From the human T2T-CHM13v2.0 reference genome, Homo sapiens, in NCBI RefSeq assembly GCF_009914755.1, contig NC_060930.1: 64,000 nt of DNA; one strand, 5' to 3'. The position numbers and the translations under genes were made by a program. The notes under the pieces are model-generated. The model searched no databases, was not told the DNA's origin, and saw nothing but the letters and a program-made list of their open reading frames with translations. Of the stretch, positions 53,001-64,000 are shown one piece after another; position 1 is the stretch's first letter, and every line of letters begins with the position of its first letter.

Positions 53001-55252
53001 GTTCAGTATTTGCATTTATTTGTGATTCAATCTTGGTAGGTTGTATGTGTGTAGGAATTTATCTATTTCTTCTAGATTTTTCAATATATTGGCATGTAGT
53101 TACTCAGTGTAGCCCCTAATGATCTTTTCAATTTCTGCAACATCAGTGGTAATGTCTCCCTTTTCATTTCTGATTTTATTTATTTGGCTCTTCTTTTTTT
53201 CTTAGGTAGTCTGGCTAAAGGCTTGTCAATTTCATTTAACTTTTCAAAAATCCAACTTCTTGTATCATTGGTCTTTTGTATTGTTGTTTTCAATTTCATG
53301 TATTTCTGCTTTGATATTTACTCTTTCTTCTCTTCTACTGATTTTGTGTTTGGTTAGCTCTTGCTTTTCTAGTTCTTTAAGATGCATAATTTGAAGATTT
53401 ATGATTGTTTATGAATAAGATTGTTTATTTGAAGGTTTTTTCTTTTTTGATGTCGGCAGTTATAGCTATTAGCTTCCCTGTTAGTACTGCTTTTGTGGTG
53501 TCACATAGCTTTTGCTATGCTGTTTCCATTATAATTTGTTTCAAAAAATTTTCAATTTCTTTCTTAATTTCTTTATTGACCTGCTGGCCATTCGAAAGCA
53601 TATTCCTTAATTTCCATGCATTTTTATAGTTTCCAAAATTTCTTAAATTAAAAATTCTGAAATTAATTGTTATTAATTCCTAGTTTTATTCCATTGTGGT
53701 CAGAGAAGATGCTTGATATTATTTTACTATTTTAGAATGTTGGAAGTCTTGATTTGTAACCTCACATATGGTCTATCCTTGAGAATGATTCATGTGTTGA
53801 ATAAAAGAATGTGTACTCTGCAGCTCTTGAATGAAATGTTTTGTAAATATCAATTGGATTCATTTGGTCTATACTGAAGATTAATTGTGATCTTTCTTTG
53901 TTGATTTGCTGTCTGAAGATCTGTCTAATACTGAAAGTTCAGTGCTAAAGTCTCCAGCTATTATTGTATTGAGACCTGTCTTTTCTTAACTCTAATAATA
54001 TTTCCTTTATATATCTGGATGCTTCAGTGTTGGGAGCATATATATTTAAACTTGTTATATCCTCTTGCTGAATTGACCCCTTTATAATTACATAGTGACT
54101 GTCTTTGTCTCTTTCTATAGTTTTTGCCTTGAAATCTATTTTGTCTGATACAGGTATAGCTACTCCTGCTTTTTTTTTTTTTTTTTTTTTTTTTTGGTTT
54201 CTATTGGTTTGGAAGATCTTTTTCATCCCTTTACATTTAGCCTACATACCTCTTTATAGGTAAAGTGTGTTTCTTGTAGGCAACAGATCAATGGGTTTTA
54301 TTTCTTTATCCTTTATCCTTTATCCTTTCTTTATTTATGCTTTCAGATAGCCTATGTCTTTTGATTGAAGAGTTTAGTACATTTACATTCAATGTTATTA
54401 TTGATAAGTAAGGACTTAGTCTTACCATTTCATTATTTGTTTTCTGGTCTTCTCTTCCTTCTTTCTTTCCTTTCTATCTTCCTCTAATGAGGGTGATTTT
54501 CTCTGGTGATATGATTTAGTTTCTTGCTTTTTATTGTGTGTGTGTTGTGTGGGTGGGTGTGTGTATGCATTGGATGCGTTTTCATTTATAGATTACCATG
54601 AGGCTTGCAGATATTGTCTTATAACACATTATTTTAACCTGATAATGACTTAACACTTTTTGCATAAACAAACAAAAAGTAAACTACTAAAAACTTGCCT
54701 TAACTTCCCCTCCACTTTTTAACATTTTGTTGTTTCTATTGATATTTTACTGTAATGACTATGTCTTGTAAAGTTGTGTAGTTATTATTTTTTATTGATT
54801 CATTATTTATTTTTTCTACTTAGGATAAGAGCAGTTTACATAGCACAGTTACAGTGTTATAATATTCTGAGTTTTTCCTGTGTACTTACTATTGCCATTA
54901 AGTTTTGTACCTTAGGTTGATTATTTACTTCTTATGAATGACATTTTCTTTCTGATTGAAGTAATTTCTTTAGCATTTCTTATAGGACAGGTCTGGTATT
55001 TATGAAATTCTTCAGCTTTTGTTTGTCTAGGAAAGTCTTTATTTCTCCTTCATGTTTGAAGAATATATTTTACCAGATACACTGTTCTAGGGTAAAAGAC
55101 TTTTTCCTTCAGCACTTTATATATGTCTTGCCACTCTTTACTGGCCTAGAAGATTTCCACTGAAAAGTCTGCTGCCAGAAATATTGGAGCTCCATTGGAT
55201 GTTATTTGTTTCTTTTCTCTTGCTGCTTTTAGGTTCCTTCCCTTATCCTTTA
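50062..55252 (-). mobile_element. L1MA1-3-type element, ~5.2 kb (3'UTR, whole ORF2, inter-ORF, ORF1 3' part)
   Basis: L1MA 3' end (TTTGATACAGGCATA...GGGGTACCCATCCCCTCA), continuous antisense ORF2, and ORF1 end (TTTCCACTGAAAAGTCTGCTGCCAGA). Confidence 0.92.
53945..54226 (-). pseudogene. L1 ORF2p endonuclease-domain remnant
   Basis: AGVAIPVSDKIDFK...DKDSHYVIIKGSIQQEDITSLNIYAPN. Confidence 0.88.
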
Positions 55253-57342
55253 TCATCTGAAGTGAAATTCTTTTAGGTAGTTCTAGTTTGCTGTCAGACT
55301 TACACCTTATATAAGCTAATAAACTTCCTTACGTTTACTTTGGAAGTATTACCATTACTACCTAATTGTAACTGAAACAATAAATCTTTAAAAGTTACGC
55401 AGCTAAGAACAGGATGGAAATAGGCTTGCTGAAATAATGTCACACGCCAATATGACAAATTCTACTTTCTATGATATACAGAATTTTTTCCTGAAGTACA
55501 TACATATTTTAAACTATAACTACTTATATTGATGAATATCTTGTGAAGCTGGGGTGATTATATCAATTTAAGGTTTCATGTATTAATGAATTAACATATA
55601 TATTAATTGAAATTATATGAATCTTAAGTATTACTGCTCACAGAGCATTTTCTAGATAAGAGATCATAAGTTTTATCCCAATTGTCTGACAGCTATGAAT
55701 GATTTCCAGGCTAGAGTGACAAAGATAACTCTAATCCACTTTAAGATTAATAAATTCTATTTTATTACATTGCCACCAGAGACTTGCATTCAGTGAAGAA
55801 CTAATGTAAGATGAAAAGATTTTCTTAACATAAACCTAAGTAGCAGGAAAATTAAAAGAAAGACAGACAAAATTCTACTGTTAGAGGATTTGCAAGCCTC
55901 CAAAAAGAACTCTAATTGCATAATATATTGTTTGGTAAAAACTGAAAATATATTCTTGGTAGTTTGGATTAGTCAGGTGTTGGCTTACGTTTGTCCCTGT
56001 GCCTCCACTATACTTTTAATTGGAGAGATGGTGATGACTTAGAAGTCTTATCTTTCAATAAGTCCCCAAAAGAGCATTACCTGAGAAACAAACAAACAAA
56101 CAAAAACTACATTCAGTCACTAAATAACTCAGTCACTGTGGGCCAGTCACGTAACCTCTCTGGACCAGGTTAGTTCACTTGGTCTTTTATTTTTTTAAAT
56201 TGAGACAAAAGGAATGTGTTGATAAATTATGGCTACATTATGGATTCCAAGAAATGTTGCTAATAATACAGTATGTTCTCAGAACTTTTAAGTTTGGGAA
56301 ATGCTGGTCATCTTCTTCCAATAATGTTTTGTAGTTAATCAACCTTTCACATAAGAAAATTCTTACACTTACCCTTTATGGTACTAAGGATTGAGATGGA
56401 TAAAGTGAGAATGCTTTAAAAAGTACCAGTTTGATTCTACCAATAGTCAGACTCATAAAAATTAATTATAAAAATTTAAGTCAGTATTATGTTACCTCAA
56501 AGAGGACTACGCCATAAATGTTCTGCAAAATGGTTCAGTTTTTGCAAAATGTTAACATCGTATTTAAATATTGCCATATCTAACCACTCACAAAATGGAT
56601 AATGGTGGAAAAATGTCTGCTCCAAAGTATTTTATAAGAAATCAATAATATTTTTACTATAAGAAACCCCTTATACTATATAAAGAAAAAAGAAAGTTTA
56701 AAATTAACCAACAAAGGGTTATTGTTCAGAACCCATAGACACATGTACTGCAAGGTGGCCAGGACGCTAAAACCAAGACCAAAGAAATCGTGAGTTACAT
56801 TTGCTTGTTCCGCCTCAGGCTTGCATCTCTGCTTCTCTAAACAAATCAGCTTCATTCTTCATCACAATGAGAACTACAACTTGTACATACCTTTGCTTCT
56901 TCCTAAAACTCTTACTTAGACCATCACATTACTTACCTAGACCTATCGTTTAAGTCAAAAACAAAACATCACCTCACAATGAGCCTCTTCATGTCAAAAT
57001 CAGCTTACATTCATTATTTTAAAAAATGGGGGAGGGGCATAAAAGAGCTCTCCTCACCAAGATTTCAGGGGATATGACTCAAAGAAGAGAACACAATTCG
57101 TATCTACCTTCTGTACACAGCAAGCCCATACCTTTAAATCAGACAAATGCAAAACAAAAGAATAACATTTTGAAAAATGTACCTGGAATATCAAGACTAA
57201 GTATATATTTGAAAAGATGTTAAATACAGAGTTATTAGGAGTGGAAAAATGAATAACCTATGTTTCTTTGAGAAATTGTTAAATAAATTGTGTTGCATCC
57301 ATAATTTAAACTACTAAAAACTTTTTAAAAATACTGAATTCA

Positions 57343-57664
<322 letters not shown>

Positions 57665-57759
57665 CTATATTAACCTAAAGTGAAGTTCATGACATTTTAC
57701 CATGTAATGTAAAACAATAGGATATTATTTTTCTAAACAGATGAATAAATATATGTTTG

Positions 57760-57945
57760 GTGCATGCATATGCATAAATATAAACATATTTCAATATATT
57801 TATGTATATATGTACTGCATACAATACATATCCATATATAAATATTAATATGTATAAATTCAAATATTTATAAATACGTATTAATATATACAAACATGTA
57901 AACCTATGTCTATATACATACATAAAACATATATATGCATATACT
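57760..57945. repeat. TA-rich low-complexity tract
   Basis: Directly visible. Confidence 0.7.
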
Positions 57946-60900
57946 TGATTTTGTAACAATATATCTAATTCTCTATAGCAAATTGCTATCAGTTTTAGCT
58001 ATTTGAAATTAATTTAAATCAATAATAATACTATGTTAAAAAATTAAATGGAATAAAATTTACATATTTATTCTTTCTTATACTTTGGTATAAAGTAAAA
58101 AAGTAATCTCTACCTGACTCTTTAATAACCCACTCTTTTTCACCTCAATTCTTTTGCACTTGTTTTCACTTCAGCCTGAAATGCTCTTCCCATAGATGTC
58201 ATGGGCAAAGGCATACATGGAACACTCACAGAACAGGACTACAGCATAGCAAATATGATATTTCAAAATTATTGCCCTGATTATTAATTAAACTGGCATA
58301 ATGCATAATTTTCTCCTGTCAAGTTGGCTAAAAAAATTAAAAAGGTAAACAGACGATTAGGTGGTTAAAAAAACTGAACACTGAAAAACACAACAGTGTT
58401 GGAACTCTAAGTTGGTTGTTGTATCTACCTGTAAATATTAAAGCAAACTATTCCAGTTCTGTAAATTATCTTCACTGCATTTATTATGTCATAGACAGTG
58501 ACTTAACAACAAACAAACAAAAACAGGTGCTTTATACATACCTTCTTAAACTATTTCAAGTGTCTTAAAATGAAGATAACGTAGGTGTTTTTTTTTTTTT
58601 TCCCCCTGTAATCTTTTCAGTCTCCATGATTCGAACCTTGCTTTGCCCAGTACAACTTGGGGCTACTTCAGCTCCAAACATTTTGGTTATTTTTCAGTTC
58701 GGTTTCTTTCCAAATGTTTTTATTTGGAGTGCCATGAAATCCCTAGTCCCTAACATAATGATTGGTACATGGTATGTGCTCAATTTACTATTATAAATAA
58801 CTACAGAGAAAATAATTTTTAAATGTTAAGATATATTTTAACAAAATATGTATTGCAGTACTATTTATTTTATCTTGTTATACAAACAAGATTGAACTTA
58901 CATATATATACACTAAACATTTTAGAAAATTATTTATTTGTTAAATGATATAGATACTGACACAGATGTTTATATATGTAATGTGGGTATATATGTATAA
59001 TTATGTGTGTACATATATATGTGTGTGTATATACATACATATGTACACAATTGCCATGTTTCCATCTGTTACTTTTTTATCTTTAATTATGTGTAATATT
59101 TACCTAGATTATTTTCCTTCATATGAAATCAACTTCCTGACTGGTACTCTCTTTCCAGATGGTCCTGTGCTTGGCAGATTTGATGTGCCATGTCACATAA
59201 AAAGCTCATGAAACTGAAGTGGCATTGGACCCATATAATGCTTTTTTAATCAGCATACACACAGCACACGACACAAAGCATCTCGGCCAACAAATTAGTA
59301 CCTAATGTTTCTACCATCCAAGTTTAGTTCGACAATTTAACTCTGTAGTCCTACATAATTTATGCTGCTTCCTGACTCCATGCGGTCCATGTGAATGTAT
59401 TTTACAAAAACAAAAATAAAAACGAAATCTCACAAAAAGTTCAAAAAGAAACCTCAACAAACACCACACACAGACAAAAAAAAAAAGCTAAACAAAATCC
59501 GAGAACCAAAGGAAAATATCACACAATTGGTGTACAGATGAACATCTTAGAGGTCCATTTGTGAAGTAGTATCTTAAACAAAATTAATGTGTTCCTTTAA
59601 ATAAAAGCAATTAGGAAAAGATATGTGGTGTTTTAAAGGTTGTGAAATGTAGGTAGTACATGTTGGCTGCTTGTTTTAAAAGCTTTAGGGACATTCGTAA
59701 GATAGCCACATTTTAGTAACCCATATCTTTTGTGAGATTAAATCTGTCTGCTGGGAATATTCCTGCATGGATAGAATAAAGAGTACTGCAAACTTTGGTG
59801 AGGAACAAGCTATCTTTATTAAAGTATTTATCATTTTTACAGCTGGAATTGGTGTTAATATTTCAACAAACAATACCAGTAAGCCTTATCTTCTCTTTGT
59901 TGACTTTAGTTAAGCACCATCAGCAGTAGGCTTTTTGGAACAGCTTGGCCCGCCCAAGCAGAATAATTCATCTTAGAAGAATTTAAAAAAAAAATAAGCT
60001 CACTTTTAATATGCAGTAGAAGCACGTCAAAGTATGAACACAAACTTAGTCTGGAGGATGTAAGACTTGAAAAATATGATTGACAGTATTCTTTTTCAGC
60101 TTTAAAAACAACTGAGGACAGAATATTCAAGCACTGAACAAATTTTAAACAAACATAAAAAGTGAGCTTACAGAGTTTTATTTAAATGACCACGTAGGCT
60201 ATTACATGAGAAAACCAGAATTTTTATCTTAATATCTTATACAACATAATGTAAGAGGAAAGACAGAAAAAAAAATTCCCAAAGAGAGATCAATACTTTG
60301 AATTCAGTAAATGCTGAATGTATCTAATGATTTTAACCTAAATGCTATACGAAGTTATGGACAAACCCAGAGATCAAATGCCATAGTTAAAAAAATCAGA
60401 ATGAGTATGAGATATGAAGGGTTTAAGTGGACTACTGTATTTGAATTTATCATGTTATAAGAAGCCTATTATGGAGCTAAAAGAGTATTACAATTGTTTG
60501 TATGCAGTTACATGGATGACTACAGAGCCGAATGCGTCATTCAAATCAAAATTATGTTAAAAGACAAAGTTTAAAAATCAATGAATATCTCAAAGTTACT
60601 TTTTTGGTTCACTACTGAGAGTGGGGCTGGAAGATGGAAGAAAGGCAGAATAGCTTGCTTCATTAAACACCAAAAGTACAGATTATTATCTGTTCTGGCA
60701 AATCAAGAAGATACTCTTATATTCCAAAAGAAAGTCTATGTTGGTATTTTCTAAAGAAGAATGCACAGTGAATAAAATTCTGTATTATTAATATAAACAA
60801 CTTTGTTTACTTTTTATAATCTTTATGCTGATTCAATGATTTGATAATAATTTTTTGCATCTTGGGCGTTGCTAATCCTACAAGACGTTCAGAAGAGCAG

Positions 60901-61054
60901 TGCCCAGAGAGCATCTGTTATACAAGTTGTCCCCCTTTACTTACATAATCTCAGCTCAGTCACAAGTTCTAAGCTACGGATTGGAGTTGAAGGCAGAAGA
61001 TATATTCTTTTGAAAGAAGTTATGGCTAGATTGTTTAGATAACTTTCACAACCT

Positions 61055-62085
61055 TTAAATTAAGTTGAAATTGGCATATAAGATGCTTACAGAAAAAAAA
61101 TCACAAATAATAAGTATACAATTCTAAGTGTCACAAAAATTGAATACACCAATGAAAACCACCGAAGTCAAGAGACAGAATACTACCAAAATTCCAGAAA
61201 CCCTTTAACTGACCCTTAGTAATAATCCCTCTTGCTCAATTGTAAATCACTATCCTGATTTCTGACAACATAGCTGTTTTTTAACTTCACATGGAAGAAA
61301 ACATACAACATGCATTATTTGTGTCTGGCTTATTATGTTAGTGAGATCCATTCACTTCTTTTTCCATGAGTAGTAGTGCTTCACTTCAATATTATTATAC
61401 TACGCTATAATAATTAATAATGATTAATTATTGCAATTAATAAACACATAAATAATTTCCAAGTGTTTTGGGTTAATGTAAATAATGTTGCTACAAATAG
61501 TTATACAGTTTTGGATTAAACAGGATACATTTGGTTGGAGTGTCTACCTAGGAATAGAACTGCATGGCCATAGGGAAGGCATCAACTCAATTTCAGGAAA
61601 TATTGCAAAACAATTTTCCCAAATAGTTATACTAATTTTCTCATTCACAAGTAGTGTATGGGAGTTTCATTGTCCAAAGTCTTAAAGAGTATTGTGCATT
61701 TTTTTAAGTAATCGGGGAGAATGTGTAGTTATGTCTCATGATGGTTTTCATTCACATTTCCTTGATGAGGTTTAGCACATTTTAAATATTTATTGGCCAC
61801 TTGGAAATATTTTAGAATGGTTACCAGTTCGCACATTTTACCCACCTTTTTATAGGATTCTTTGTTTTTTTATTGGTTAGCAAAGATTCTTTCTGAATTC
61901 TTTTTTTTTTTGGTAGGGGCCCTCCATTTGTTATGTGTATTGAAATGTCATCACCATGCTATCTTGGCTCCTTATACTTTCAAGGAAATCTATTGATAAA
62001 GTTTCTAAATTTAATAGAGTCCAATTTATCATTATTTTCTACATTCTAATGCTTATTGTATCTTGCATCCTAACAAAACTTTCCC
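61055..62085 (-). mobile_element. L1ME-type 3' region
   Basis: CACTATCCTGATTTCTGACA...TTTGTGTCTGGCTT...TACCTAGGAATAGAACTGC...TTTATTGGCCACTTG...TTTAATAGAGTCCAATTTATCA. Confidence 0.75.
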
Positions 62086-63011
62086 AACCTCCAAGAAATA
62101 ACCATCAGAAATTAATACTGGATTATGACAACAAAAATTTCACTTATTTTTTTGCAGTTCTCAGAAATCACAGGTAAGAAATGAACAGAATCACTTGCCA
62201 ATTTTAAATTTAGATTTTTTTTGTCAGCTTCTATGTATGAAGAAAAGCATCCATGCTATTTACAGTACCGGCTTAAAATAGCTAATATTATTGAAAGTTT
62301 ATTCTGATACTTTGGTAAATATATAGTAATCTACAGATATATTGATCAACATATTTTTTTTGGTTTCAGGTATTTAAGAATATAGGTGAATATTATATAT
62401 GGTTATTGTCAAAGATAAAATACATCTGAGAGGATAGGAATCATAGTTACAGCAGCTCTTCTTTAGGCAGAGCCAGAAATACAGAACACTGAACAATGAA
62501 TCTAGGCAGGTAAGACCGCAGGCAGTCTTCCTGATATATCCATTTTTCAGCATAGCATGAAATTAATAGGAAGATTCTCAAGGACTCGTGTATCAGGAGA
62601 ACATCACACCTGGTTACCAAACCAGACCACAAAAATAGGTGTTAATGAGAGATATTTCAGGAAAGATCTGGTAAACTAAAAATGTAGGATTGGATAAGAA
62701 TACATGCAAAGTTTTAGGTGAGCTCAAGAACCCCATGGATCAAATCTTTATATTTCTTAAAGAATAAAAAAAAAAAAAAAAAACGGCTTGAAGACTTTTA
62801 TAGAACCTATTCTGTAAGATTTGAATCTGAAATCCCTTCCAAAAAACAGCTCAAGTGAACACATCAACATGTTCCATTACAGAATTTTCAAAGAGTTTAT
62901 CTCAAAAATATACCATGAAAAGACACTCAAGTTTGGCATAAGTAAATTCTACTAAACATTTCATAAGTATCCACATACGTTATTCTCAAACTTCCAAAAA
63001 AGTGATCACCT

Positions 63012-64000
63012 TCTAATTCCATATAAATTTATTAATTGAATTTTCCATTTCTGTGAAACACGCCATTGGAATGTTGATAGAGATTGCATTAAATTTATAG
63101 ATTACTTTGGGTAACATTGCCATCTTAAATATATTGTCTTCCCATCCATCGACACAAGCTACATTTCCATTTATGTATGTCTTCTTTAACGTCTTTCCAC
63201 AATGTTTTAGGAGTTTTCAGTGCTAAATTCTTTCACTTACTTGGTTAAATTTATTCCTAGATATTTTATTATTTTGAATCCTGTTGTAAATGGCATACGC
63301 TTTATTTTTTTTTTTATTTTTGGATTGTTCATTGCTATTTTATAGAAACAAACTGATTTTTGTTTGTTGAGATTTTGTGCCCCACAACTTAGCTAAATTC
63401 ATTTATTAACTCCAATAATTTTTAAGTTTTTGGTAGATTCTTTAGGATTCTCTATATGTAAGATTTTGTCATTTGTGAATAAGAAGAATTTCACTTTACT
63501 TTTTCCTTTTTAATTTGGATGCGTTGTATTTCTTTGGTTTCCCTAAATGTTTGGGCTAGCTATTCTAGTACAATGTTTAATAGAAGTAATAGAAGCCAGT
63601 GTCTTCATTTTTTCCCCATCTTAGAGAGAATTCTTTCATTCTTATCCCATGGTATATGATGGAATGAGATTTTTGTAAATAACCTTTATCATGCTGAAGA
63701 TGTTCTCTTCTATTTCTTGTTTTTTGAATATTTGTTATGAAAGGGTGTGGGATTTATTTCAATTTGTTTTCTGTATCAATTGAGATAATTGTATGGGTTT
63801 TCTTTATTCATTCTATTAATGTGACATATTATATTGACTGATTGTTACATGCTAAACCATCATTGCATTTCAGAGATTTTTTCCATTTGTATTCATGAGG
63901 GATTTTACTCTGTAGTTTTTTTATTATGGTAATGTCTTCATCTGAATTTGGGTCATAGGATGAGTCAGTAAATATTCTTTTCTATTTTATACACTGGAAG
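63012..64000 (-). mobile_element. Old L1M ORF2 fragment (runs off the window)
   Basis: TTCCATATAAATTT...GAGATTGCATTAAATTTATAGAT...TTGGTTAAATTTATTCCTAGATATTT...CATTGCATTTCAGAGAT. Confidence 0.8.

Overview
This is AT-rich primate (most likely human) non-coding genomic DNA, intergenic or deep intronic, and more than half of it is recognisable interspersed repeat. I find no credible host protein-coding gene, RNA gene or CRISPR array. The ORFs in the track are L1 ORF1/ORF2 remnants, Alu/LTR read-throughs or low-complexity artefacts. There are four main blocks. (1) An internally deleted antisense L1PA13-16-type element (1271-6417) hosts two younger L1 3' ends, a MER57 solo LTR and a truncated AluY. 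(2) A minus-strand MER61 provirus (12227-18957) has both p53 response elements damaged. (3) A MER4-group provirus (25880-34195) has lost its 5' LTR, carries an inverted 5' segment and an inverted internal duplication, and hosts MER85, two tail-to-tail L1PA3 ends, AluY and THE1. (4) L1MC1, MER9, THE1B, L1MA and older L1M/L2/MIR fragments fill the rest. The most notable signal not explained by repeats is a ~152-bp, ~88%-identical inverted duplication of apparently unique sequence (42652-42803 / 44924-45080), one of several local inversion or template-switch scars. Subfamily names are from remembered consensus motifs and need RepeatMasker/Dfam confirmation. I see no strong evidence of a wholly new biological system.
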